Below, piece after piece: positions 10,218-18,943 of a stretch of DNA of 64,000 nucleotides (positions within the stretch are counted from its first letter, which is position 1; every line of letters starts with the position of its first letter). The stretch covers positions 8,940 to 72,939 of the forward strand of contig JAFQVS010000045.1 of the NCBI GenBank assembly GCA_017407905.1, read 5' to 3'. A program made the position numbers and the translations under genes. The notes below the pieces were generated by a model. That model did not search any database. It saw only the letters and a list, made by a program, of their open reading frames with translations, and was not told the DNA's origin. Source of the DNA: Bacteroidaceae bacterium (GTDB taxonomy: Bacteria > Bacteroidota > Bacteroidia > Bacteroidales > Bacteroidaceae).

Positions 10218-10963
10218 TTTTTATTCTCTTCGACAATCTGTTCGCCGGTCTTTCCGTAACGACGCTGACGCTGCTGATACTCATAGACAGCCTTGCACAG
10301 TTCGTTGTTGTCAAAATCGGGCCACAGTACCTCGGTGAAGTAAAACTCGGAGTAAGCACACTGCCACAGGAGGAAATTACTCAGGCGTTGCTCTTTACCG
10401 GTTCTTATGAGAAGGTCGGGGTCGGGCATAAAATTGGTGGCCAACGAGTTTGATATTAACTTATCGTCGATGGCATCGAGCGATAGAGTGCCCATCTGCA
10501 CACGACGGGCAATAGAGCGCACCGCCTCTGTAATCTCCCGTTTCGACGAGTAGCTGAGGGCAAGCACCATTGTCATTGCGTCGTTGTTTTTTGTGCGTTC
10601 CTCGCAGGCTGCCAGACGCTCGCGCACCTTCTCGGGCAGTTTTTCAAGGTCGCCCACCACGCGGAAGCCCACATTATTCTTCATAAAAATCTCCTCCTCG
10701 ATACTCTCGAACAGAAGCACCATAAGTGCTGCCACCTCGGCCTGCGGGCGGTTCCAATTCTCGGTCGAGAAGGTATATAACGTAAGATAGCGCACCCCTA
10801 TTTTCAGTGCATTCTCAACTAATTTGCGCACTGCGGCCGCACCCGCCTGATGCCCCTCGCTACGTTCGAGGCCGCGCTGTCGGGCCCAGCGTCCGTTGCC
10901 GTCCATTATTATGGCAATATGCTGCGGAATATTGTTCCTATCTATCATTTCGTTGTATTCCAT
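10214..10963 (-). CDS. uppS: Isoprenyl transferase (undecaprenyl diphosphate synthase)
   Basis: 249 aa. Motifs [13 protein letters not shown] and [25 protein letters not shown]. Confidence 0.95.
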   Translation of the reverse strand: MEYNEMIDRNNIPQHIAIIMDGNGRWARQRGLERSEGHQAGAAAVRKLVENALKIGVRYLTLYTFSTENWNRPQAEVAALMVLLFESIEEEIFMKNNVGFRVVGDLEKLPEKVRERLAACEERTKNNDAMTMVLALSYSSKREITEAVRSIARRVQMGTLSLDAIDDKLISNSLATNFMPDPDLLIRTGKEQRLSNFLLWQCAYSEFYFTEVLWPDFDNNELCKAVYEYQQRQRRYGKTGEQIVEENKK

Positions 10964-10973
10964 AGTCTATATA

Positions 10974-11675
10974 TCAATTATTACATTTTCTATATTTTGG
11001 CGAAAGGTCGTACGTCAGAAAAATCCCCAAAAAGGCGTAGCTGTCTTTATTTTTCATTCCATCGCTCACAATTCCGTAGGGGTCGTCCAGCACGGGGGGC
11101 GTCTCTTTTGTTACGTCGAGTTTATCACTCAGGGTAAAGCGGAACGACAATTCGCAGCCCACATTCAGACGCGGAGCCAATTTGTATTTCACTCCGATGC
11201 CCATCGGAATATTGGCCGTAAAGACATTCTCGGCAGGCTCGGGGGCGAACGTAAAGCCCAATCCCGCGAAGATATAGGGCGAGAGACGATGCGTGCGCTT
11301 GTAGCCCGTGCCCTCGCCATAGGCAAAGAAATTATACTCGAATTGTGCTCCGAGGTCGTAGAGCGTGCGGCTAAAATCCGTGTCGCCGCCGGGGAATCTG
11401 TTCCCCGCGTCGGCTGTCGAGCCCTCGATGCGCGCCACGGCAAGATTGGTCTTTACGGCCATTCGCGGATTAAGGTTGTAGCGCCACAAGGCGCCGCCCA
11501 TTATGTTCATATTCTTGAATAGCGTCGAGTAGTTGGCGTCGCCCAAATAAAAGCTGCCGCCCACCATCCCGCCTAATTCGTAGCGGTATTCGAGCTCCTC
11601 GGCACGCAACGACGCCACGGGGCACAGTAGTGTGCCCAACAGCAGTAGTATCATTTTGCGTGCCAAAAGTCTCAT
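10974..11675 (-). CDS. Outer-membrane beta-barrel protein (DUF6089-like)
   Basis: 233 aa. Signal peptide, alternating hydrophobic beta-strand pattern and G/Y/F-rich composition. The position next to uppS matches what I recall for DUF6089 proteins in Bacteroidetes; the family name is from memory and was not searched. Confidence 0.6.
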   Translation of the reverse strand: MRLLARKMILLLLGTLLCPVASLRAEELEYRYELGGMVGGSFYLGDANYSTLFKNMNIMGGALWRYNLNPRMAVKTNLAVARIEGSTADAGNRFPGGDTDFSRTLYDLGAQFEYNFFAYGEGTGYKRTHRLSPYIFAGLGFTFAPEPAENVFTANIPMGIGVKYKLAPRLNVGCELSFRFTLSDKLDVTKETPPVLDDPYGIVSDGMKNKDSYAFLGIFLTYDLSPKYRKCNN

Positions 11676-11715
11676 TCTCGTGTAGTTGCGTCGCTGTGCG
11701 AGGGGTTAAAATCTA

Positions 11716-13080
11716 TTAGAATGCCAAACGATTTATTCGTCCGCGCCACACGACGGGCTTTTCGCCGCCCGCCACTATCCACAGATAATTCTCTTTATCC
11801 ACAGAAGCCACAAAGGGGACATTTTTGCCGGCAAGCTCGGCGGGCAGCTTTATGTTGACAAGAGGCTTCCAGCTGAGGCCATTATCGCGCGAGTGATAAA
11901 TTGTCTCGAAGGCATCAACCGTCTCACCGGCCACTACTCCGGCACCACCGAAGGCATACAGAGCATTGTCGTAGTGCACCACCGACAAAGGCTTGAGCGC
12001 CGGAGCATCGAATGTGCCGTCGCCCGCGGGCTTGTAGTGCGACCACTGCTTTTCGCTCGAAAGTATGCTCCACACTTGCGGCGCCGAGGCATCCGCATCG
12101 ACCGCGTAGCCTGTTATCACCGTGCGCAGAATATTGGGGTTGGTGCGCAGCGGATAGAGCGCTACCGAGAGATTATGCAGAGGGAAATTCTCGTCGAGCT
12201 TTTGCACCGACACAAAATTGGTGCCGTCGGTGCTGTAAGCGATACTGTCGGCTGCCGTTACCGCCCACAGACGACTCTCGCCGCTGCCCTGCGATGCTAT
12301 AAGTTTCTTAATTGGCGCAGAGACGGGCACGCTGTTCCAATTTACTCCGTCGGCCGAGGAGTAGAGCGCGCCACTGCCGTCGTCGGCATACAGGCTGCCC
12401 GAGAATTGTTGTATGCCGCTAAGGTCTATCACCCCTCCCGAAAGCTCCACAGGCGTCGGCACGGCCTCGGCATTATCGAGCGGGAGTGCAACCATCATCC
12501 GCGCACCCTCGGCATTAAGGCCGAAGAGCAACATTCTATCGTCGGCAATTATCGCCCTTTGAGGCGTCGCAAGAGAAGCTCCGGGCAACTGTTGCCAATA
12601 CATTTTCTCGGGGTCGAGAGTGTGCACATTCACGCGCACCGTGTAAGATTGAATATTTGTGCCGCTCGTCGAGGCCACGAACAGTTTACGAGGCTTGCTC
12701 AGGTCAATCGAATCGGACGACGATACAGACGTGTATGTATCGGTGCTGTCGGTATAAAAATAGGCAAGGCCGTCGCACGCAACGCCCGTGGTCAATTTTG
12801 TAACGTCGGCGCCCATTGGCAGAGAGTCGGGATTATAAACCTCACGGCTCTTTTGGTCGATGATAAAAGGATAGAAACTACCCGGGACTATTTTTGTGTA
12901 GGTCGTGTCCTTGCCCTCGAGCGTTGTTCCGGGAGTATATACCCTGAACGAACCTATCGAAAAGGATGTAAGCGCCGCAAAGGGAGAGGTTACAATTTCC
13001 TCCTCGTCGTCGTTAAAGCACGATGTACACAAAAAAGCAGTTGAACAGATTGCCAAATATATTGCCAGCAGTTTTCTCAT
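11716..13080 (-). CDS. Lipoprotein, probably beta-propeller-like (DUF6242-like)
   Basis: 454 aa. Lipobox AFLCTSC. Repeated segments with ...YAFGG.., ..LWIVAGG.. resemble Kelch/propeller blades. Family assignment is tentative. Confidence 0.5.
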   Translation of the reverse strand: MRKLLAIYLAICSTAFLCTSCFNDDEEEIVTSPFAALTSFSIGSFRVYTPGTTLEGKDTTYTKIVPGSFYPFIIDQKSREVYNPDSLPMGADVTKLTTGVACDGLAYFYTDSTDTYTSVSSSDSIDLSKPRKLFVASTSGTNIQSYTVRVNVHTLDPEKMYWQQLPGASLATPQRAIIADDRMLLFGLNAEGARMMVALPLDNAEAVPTPVELSGGVIDLSGIQQFSGSLYADDGSGALYSSADGVNWNSVPVSAPIKKLIASQGSGESRLWAVTAADSIAYSTDGTNFVSVQKLDENFPLHNLSVALYPLRTNPNILRTVITGYAVDADASAPQVWSILSSEKQWSHYKPAGDGTFDAPALKPLSVVHYDNALYAFGGAGVVAGETVDAFETIYHSRDNGLSWKPLVNIKLPAELAGKNVPFVASVDKENYLWIVAGGEKPVVWRGRINRLAF

Positions 13081-13271
13081 AAAAGTTGATATTTTGAGGC
13101 TGTTTAAAATTTCTTAAAAATATTCTCCCGGGGCAAGCTGTATCAGTTTCGCCGTTGTTTATGATTGGTGCGTTACTATTAAACAGCTTCTCGGTTTCAA
13201 CCTGCAAAATTAGCAACATTTTTTGGTATCTGCGAGAAAGTTACGCTTTATTTATAATAATTTAGGGATTT

Positions 13272-14342
13272 TTATCGCTCTAAAAGGAAAATTTCATTAT
13301 TGTCGCACATTGTAACCGACGGTTGCGCGCCTTTTGGAAGAGAGGGGGCGGCAACACCCTCGCCTATTGCGAGACGATTATTGCGCTCGACCCTTACTGT
13401 ATCCCAAAGGTCGGCGTCGAGGAACAGACGCAGCAGCTGCGCGCCACCCTCGACAAGCAGGCTGTTGATTTTAAGGGCCGACAGATGAGCGAGTATCTGC
13501 GGCAAAACATCCGCCTCTTCGTCGAGCTTTATTTGTTCGATATTTTCGCCGAATTTTCCTGCCACGGGCCGATAGGTGTACACAATTGTCGGTGCCGACG
13601 AATCGAAAAGGCGCAACGTCGTCGGAAGCACGCCCCCACGGTCGAGAACAAGGCGCAGGGGATTGCGCCCGCCCCAATGGCGCAGTGTCAGCGAGGGATT
13701 GTCGAGCAGCGCCGTACGCGCCCCGACAAGAATTGCGTCGCAGCCCGCCCGCAGACGGTGCATTGCCACCATCGACAAAGGGGTGGAGATTGCAAGCGGT
13801 GCCCCCTCAGACACAGCCTCGCGCCGACGGTCGATAAAGCCATCTGCCGTCTGCGCCCATTTGAGCGTAATGTGAGGCCTTCCCGCCGTATGTAGTGTAA
13901 AGAATTTTTTATTTAGTTTATAAGCCTCATCGGCAAAAACTCCCGCAACAACCTCGATGCCTGCTTTTCTCATTCGTTCGATGCCAGTGCCGTTCACCTG
14001 CGCATTAAGGTCGGTGGCCGCAATCACCACACGTGGGATTCGGCGTTCAATAATAAGGTCGCAGCAAGGGGGAGTTTTCCCATAGTGCGAACAGGGTTCA
14101 AGAGAGACATAAATTGTCGAGCGGGCGAGCAAGCCTCTGTCAGTATCCTTTACCGAAGCTACTGCATTTACCTCGGCGTGCGGCTCCCCCGCACGAATGT
14201 GGTACCCCTCGCCTATTATGCGCCCGTCACACACAATAACGGCCCCCACCATAGGGTTGGGCGAGGTACTACCCCGTCCGCATCGCGCCAATTGCAGGCA
14301 GCGTGCAATATATTGTTTATCAACCGAATTAAAAGCGTCCAT
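13272..14342 (-). CDS. ribD: Bifunctional riboflavin biosynthesis protein RibD (deaminase/reductase)
   Basis: 356 aa. Zinc-deaminase motifs GEPHAEVNA and LEPCSHYGKTPPCCD, followed by a reductase domain (ITLKWAQTADG). Confidence 0.93.
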   Translation of the reverse strand: MDAFNSVDKQYIARCLQLARCGRGSTSPNPMVGAVIVCDGRIIGEGYHIRAGEPHAEVNAVASVKDTDRGLLARSTIYVSLEPCSHYGKTPPCCDLIIERRIPRVVIAATDLNAQVNGTGIERMRKAGIEVVAGVFADEAYKLNKKFFTLHTAGRPHITLKWAQTADGFIDRRREAVSEGAPLAISTPLSMVAMHRLRAGCDAILVGARTALLDNPSLTLRHWGGRNPLRLVLDRGGVLPTTLRLFDSSAPTIVYTYRPVAGKFGENIEQIKLDEEADVLPQILAHLSALKINSLLVEGGAQLLRLFLDADLWDTVRVERNNRLAIGEGVAAPSLPKGAQPSVTMCDNNEIFLLER

Positions 14343-14398
14343 ACTCTTGAAAAAGGGAGGGTTGTTGCGTTAATGTCCTACGTTCCTCACCGACAATA

Positions 14399-16306
14399 TC
14401 AATTAGTTATCCTTTGGCCCGACCTGTTAACAAAATAATATTTACCATTTAAGAACACTTTAGCCTCGCCGTTTCTAAAATCCTCGACCCTGTCATACTG
14501 CATAGGGACGGTTACGCGGCCCTCAATATCAATAAAGCCCCACTTTCCGTTCAATCGCACCGCGGCACGCGCGTCCTTAAAATCGTTGACGGCATCGTAC
14601 TTGAGCGGGATTTTCAAATTGCCCTTATTATCGACAAAGCCCCACTTTCCGTTCAATCGCACCGCGGCACGATAGAGGCTGAAGTCCCGCGCTTTATCGT
14701 ATTTTATGGGAACAATTTCTTTGCCATTTGTGTCGATAAAACCCCACTTATTATTTAATTTCACACGCGCCGGGCCAAAAGAGAATGACCCCGCATCGTC
14801 GTACTTTAGCGGGACAACCTCCTCGCCCTTTTTGTTGACAAAGCCCCATTTACCATCGAGGCTCACACGCGCAAGCTCTGTGGCAAACATCGACACAAAA
14901 TCATATTTTGGCGGAACAATCTCGCGGCCGACGTCGTTTACAATGCCGCTTTTTCCATTCATTTCAACCTCGGCAAAGCCATTCACAAAGGAGGCGACAT
15001 TATCATATTTTATTGGGGTAATTTCCCTGCCCGCAAGATTCACAAAGCCCCATTTATTATTAACCGATACGGCAGCGAATCCCTCATCGTAGTTTTTTAC
15101 CTCATCGTATTTTAGGGGCACCACCAACTCATCGTCGTTGTCAATAAAGCCCCATTTTCCATCCTTTTCAACTGCTGCACGCCCGCAACTGTACCGTCTC
15201 TCGGTATCATAGTCAGAGCCACCCATAAGGTTGAAAAGCAGATAAATAGCCACTATTGCAAGAATAATCATTTTTGAATTATCCTTTTTCTCGTGGGTGG
15301 ATGATTGAGGGGTATTTTGTGGCTCGACGGGCTGCTCGGCGGGAGGATTTTCGTCGCTGGAAGCCTCGGCGGGAGGATTTTCGTCGCTGCGAGGCTCGGG
15401 AGCGGTGTTATATTCGTCGGATGCAGAAAAAGGCGGCGCATCTTCCCGAGGATGAGCATACGGATACTCGTCGGTGGGGCTATCATCCTCGTCTTCTTCA
15501 GCGGCTATATACTCATCCTCGTCGGCGGCTATATACTCATCCTCGTCGGTGGGGCTATCATCCTCGTCCTCGTCGGCGGCTATATACTCGTCCTCGTCGG
15601 CGAGCGGGTCGGAATCGGCATCACAAGCCTCGGCGGGTTCAAAAGAATAAACAAACTCGAAAGCAGGCCCGGGTTCTTTATCGAATGTGGTATTTTCCTC
15701 GATGGATTGGTCATTTTCTGGCGCATCGTCGCCATATACCTTGTAGTCGAAAAAGGGCAGATTCTCACTCTGCGGCTCCTCGATATTTTCCTCGGGCTCC
15801 GCTGCCGAGGCGGGCAAGCAGGCAGCTGCGCCTATCGGTTCAATTTCCTCGTTGAAATGGTCATTTTTTACGCCCTCTTCAACTGTTGCCGCAGCATCTG
15901 TGGCGGTGGGCGTATCATCGCCCTTTAGCTGCAAAATGTCGGCCACGAGCTTTTGCATTGCCTCGGGCCTGCTTGCATCGACAAATCCCAAGCTGCCGAA
16001 TTTAAACATATACCATCCGCGCTTTTTTGCCCCGTCGAGAAGCAGCGGAAAGACCTTTTTATCGAGACTTTTTGCATACTCAACCTCCTTTCTTACCCTC
16101 GGCAATTGCAAAGAATCCTCGGACTGTAAATAGAGCACACCCCCGGCCTGCTCAATTGCAGCCTTAGCGGCGTCGTTAAATTCATCGTCTGTTACCTCGG
16201 AGTAAAAAGAGAGTGCAGGAATTTGCCGGACCAGCATACCAAGCGTGCTTCTTACCTTGTCGGCGTCTTTTGGGGAATAACTGATAAAAAGGTCGTATTT
16301 TGCCAT
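14399..16306 (-). CDS. TIR domain - acidic repeat linker - single TM - 8x WG-repeat (KWG) protein
   Basis: 635 aa. The N-terminus YDLFISYSPKDADKV ... VRKEVEYAKSLDKKVFPLLLDG matches TIR_2 hallmarks, including the conserved Glu position. The D/E-rich tandem-repeat linker includes DEDEYIAADEDEDDSPT. The TM helix is MIILAIVAIYLLFNLMGG, with Lys residues on its N-side. Eight units of about 35 aa follow, of the form ..GKWGF(I/V)(D/N)..G.E(I/V)(V/T)P.KYD. Confidence 0.85.
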   Translation of the reverse strand: MAKYDLFISYSPKDADKVRSTLGMLVRQIPALSFYSEVTDDEFNDAAKAAIEQAGGVLYLQSEDSLQLPRVRKEVEYAKSLDKKVFPLLLDGAKKRGWYMFKFGSLGFVDASRPEAMQKLVADILQLKGDDTPTATDAAATVEEGVKNDHFNEEIEPIGAAACLPASAAEPEENIEEPQSENLPFFDYKVYGDDAPENDQSIEENTTFDKEPGPAFEFVYSFEPAEACDADSDPLADEDEYIAADEDEDDSPTDEDEYIAADEDEYIAAEEDEDDSPTDEYPYAHPREDAPPFSASDEYNTAPEPRSDENPPAEASSDENPPAEQPVEPQNTPQSSTHEKKDNSKMIILAIVAIYLLFNLMGGSDYDTERRYSCGRAAVEKDGKWGFIDNDDELVVPLKYDEVKNYDEGFAAVSVNNKWGFVNLAGREITPIKYDNVASFVNGFAEVEMNGKSGIVNDVGREIVPPKYDFVSMFATELARVSLDGKWGFVNKKGEEVVPLKYDDAGSFSFGPARVKLNNKWGFIDTNGKEIVPIKYDKARDFSLYRAAVRLNGKWGFVDNKGNLKIPLKYDAVNDFKDARAAVRLNGKWGFIDIEGRVTVPMQYDRVEDFRNGEAKVFLNGKYYFVNRSGQRITN

Positions 16307-16335
16307 TTTGCTTTGTGATAATGAATTTATATCTG

Positions 16336-16343
16336 CAAAAATA
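16336..16343 (-). promoter_or_regulatory. Candidate -7 promoter box (TATTTTTG) for the TIR gene
   Basis: Plus-strand CAAAAATA at 16336-16343 reads TATTTTTG on the minus strand, about 30 nt upstream of the ATG at 16306. I saw no clear -33 TTTG. Confidence 0.4.
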
Positions 16344-16382
16344 GCTTATTTACTCTAAAAAACAACTAATAACCGAAAGGAA

Positions 16383-17210
16383 TTACTTTGTAGCCCGACG
16401 CAGGGTGATGAGCACAATCTCGCTTGGCGCGCAGAAACGTACCTTGCGGCGCGACGTTCCGATGCCGTTTGTCGTAATCACGGGAACCCCCTGCGAGGTA
16501 CTGTTGAGCCCCGATAAAAAGCGGTGTCCGTAGAGCGAATTTGTAACGGGAGCATAAAGTCCCAAAAGGGTTACCTGCCCTCCGTGAGTGTGCCCCGAGA
16601 GGACAATATCGGCCCGGGCGGCTGCCCTTTGAGCATAGTCGGGGGTGTGTGCCAGAAGTATCACAAAGGCACTGTCGGCTATTGCATCGGTGGGCTGCGG
16701 CGCAAGCGTATCTACCTTAAAAGAGTTTGCCACCCCGGCGATAAAAAAGAGGCTGTTGCCCGTGAGCGCCACAGCCTCGTCGTGCAGCAGATGTACATTA
16801 TGCAGCCTCATAGCCTCCTCGATAGCCTCGGCGCGGCTACGCTCGTGGTTGCCAAGCACCGCATAGGTGCCATAAAGGGTTTTTACACTCGAAAGAGAGT
16901 CGAAAAGCTCGTCAATATATTTGTCCGAGGTTACATAATCGCCACCCAAAAGCAGCATTTGCGGTTGCAATTGCCTAAGTTTGCGCACGACCCTCGCCAG
17001 ACGCTTGCGCGTAAATTTACTCGGATAGTGCGTGTCCGAAATAAAGGCAATGTCGCAACCGTCGAAATTCTGTGGCAGACGCTCGCTCACAAGCTCGTAG
17101 CGTTTGACACGCCCCACCCCGCTGGTCGAGAGCGAGGCGCACGACACAAAGAGTATGGCCGCGACACATATTGCGGCCATACGCCTGATTCTTTTGAGCA
17201 TTTGCGACAT
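16383..17210 (-). CDS. Metallophosphoesterase (calcineurin-like, YkuE-like) with N-terminal membrane anchor or signal
   Basis: 275 aa. Motifs ISDTHYP, LLGGDY, LGNHE and SGHTHGGQV. Confidence 0.85.
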   Translation of the reverse strand: MSQMLKRIRRMAAICVAAILFVSCASLSTSGVGRVKRYELVSERLPQNFDGCDIAFISDTHYPSKFTRKRLARVVRKLRQLQPQMLLLGGDYVTSDKYIDELFDSLSSVKTLYGTYAVLGNHERSRAEAIEEAMRLHNVHLLHDEAVALTGNSLFFIAGVANSFKVDTLAPQPTDAIADSAFVILLAHTPDYAQRAAARADIVLSGHTHGGQVTLLGLYAPVTNSLYGHRFLSGLNSTSQGVPVITTNGIGTSRRKVRFCAPSEIVLITLRRATK

Positions 17211-17223
17211 TTTGCAGAAAGAA

Positions 17224-17697
17224 TTATTTCTCGATGAGCACGACAGCGTATGCCGTGATGCCCTCTCGGCGTCCCTCGAAGCCCAATTTTTCGGTGGTTG
17301 TAGCCTTTATCGAGAGGGTGTCGGGGTCAATCCCAAGCACGTCGGCCATTGTCTGCTGCATTGCGGGAATATGCGGGTTCAATTTAGGTGCCTGAGCCGC
17401 TACCGTAGCGTCGATATTCCCTATGCGATAGCCCTTTTCTTTCAGAAGCTCGTTGGTGCGACGTAAAAGAATTTTACTGTCTATATTCTTAAACTCACCC
17501 GACGTATCGGGAAACTGATAGCCAATGTCGCGCAAATTGGCGGCGCCCAGCAGCGCATCGCATATTGCGTGAATGAGCACATCGGCGTCGGAGTGTCCGT
17601 CGAGCCCGCGCTCGTAAGGTATTTTCACCCCTCCCATCCACAAATCACGTCCCTCGACCAAGCGATGAACGTCCATTCCAAAGCCTACACGTATCAT
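17224..17697 (-). CDS. ispF: 2-C-methyl-D-erythritol 2,4-cyclodiphosphate synthase
   Basis: 157 aa. Motifs RVGFGMDVHRL, GHSDADVLIHAICDALLGA and ATTTEKLGFEGR. Confidence 0.95.
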   Translation of the reverse strand: MIRVGFGMDVHRLVEGRDLWMGGVKIPYERGLDGHSDADVLIHAICDALLGAANLRDIGYQFPDTSGEFKNIDSKILLRRTNELLKEKGYRIGNIDATVAAQAPKLNPHIPAMQQTMADVLGIDPDTLSIKATTTEKLGFEGRREGITAYAVVLIEK

Positions 17698-17711
17698 ATT
17701 TTTCTTCTTTT

Positions 17712-18914
17712 TTAACGTCCGAAAAGGTCTCTTAGTCCGTCCATATCAAACGACAGCGAGAAGCGCAGCGTCTGGTCAAGCGGGTTACTCTGCGCCGTCG
17801 AGATAAGATAAGCAGCATCCAGCGAAAAGACGCTCATCTTGAATCCCGCACCCAGAGTAAAATATTTTCTGTTACCCTTATACTCATTCTCGTAGTGGTA
17901 TCCGCCGCGCAACGAGAATTGCTGATTGTAGCAATACTCAACGCCCACTCCTCCGTAAATCTCCTTAAGCTCCTCACTGAAGCCGCCGGGAGCATCGCCA
18001 AAGGACTTAAAGATACCCGAGATTGACGAAATATCGTTGTATCCCGTTGACTCCAACCACCCTTGATACTCCGAGTATTTCGAGTTATCATCGGGCTCGT
18101 ATCCCTCCTCCTCAAGGAATTGCGAGTATGTGGGACGCGTGGGCACCATCAGTTTGTTAATGTCGGCACTGAACGAGATTGTGTTATACTCGTCGATGGG
18201 CACAAGAATAGAGGCTCCTATACGCAGATTGGTGGGAATAAACTCGTTCGTATTGCCTCCGTCGTACGATATTTTACTACCGATATTCGAGGCGTTAAGT
18301 CCGAGGCCCAGCATACACTCGCGATTGCCCAACATTATATAATTATTATAGTACAAGGCAAGGTCGGCGGCAAAAGCCGAGCCGGGCTCCATATCCTCGG
18401 CATAGTCGTATTGAAGGTCGCTATAAATGAAGCGCAGCGCAACCGCCGCCGAGAAGGTCTCGGAGAGCATACGCGAATAGGCAACGTCTATTGCAAATTC
18501 ATAGGGCTTTATGGTATATTCCTCGGCAATGACCTCGCCCAGCGAGAAATATGTCAGCGAGCCGCTCACCGCCGAATAGTCGCCTATGCGATAGAATCCC
18601 GTAAGATAGGCAAGGTCAATATCGCTCACAAGCTGACGCAACCACGGAGTGTAGGACATTGACAATCCCGCACGCGCAATATTGAACGGATATTTTGCAG
18701 GGTTCCAATATTGCGAGTTTACGTCGGCCTCGGTGGCAACGCCAACGTCTCCCAGCGCTCCTGCACGCGCATCGGGGGCGATGGAGAGCGACGTTACTCC
18801 CGTGTTTACGGGGTTAAATTGTTCCTTTTGAGCCCACAGAGGCAGGGCGAGCATAATGGCCAACAGTGTAGGCAGTATTCTGTTCTTCATCATATTTTTT
18901 GTCGTTTTTATCAT
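17712..18914 (-). CDS. porV: Type IX secretion system outer-membrane protein PorV (LptO)
   Basis: 400 aa. Signal peptide and a beta-barrel-like sequence resembling the FadL/PorV family. It lies immediately downstream of the porU-like gene, the conserved porU-porV pair. Confidence 0.75.
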   Translation of the reverse strand: MIKTTKNMMKNRILPTLLAIMLALPLWAQKEQFNPVNTGVTSLSIAPDARAGALGDVGVATEADVNSQYWNPAKYPFNIARAGLSMSYTPWLRQLVSDIDLAYLTGFYRIGDYSAVSGSLTYFSLGEVIAEEYTIKPYEFAIDVAYSRMLSETFSAAVALRFIYSDLQYDYAEDMEPGSAFAADLALYYNNYIMLGNRECMLGLGLNASNIGSKISYDGGNTNEFIPTNLRIGASILVPIDEYNTISFSADINKLMVPTRPTYSQFLEEEGYEPDDNSKYSEYQGWLESTGYNDISSISGIFKSFGDAPGGFSEELKEIYGGVGVEYCYNQQFSLRGGYHYENEYKGNRKYFTLGAGFKMSVFSLDAAYLISTAQSNPLDQTLRFSLSFDMDGLRDLFGR

Positions 18915-18943
18915 TATTTCGGCTCTTAATAAAACTTACTTTT

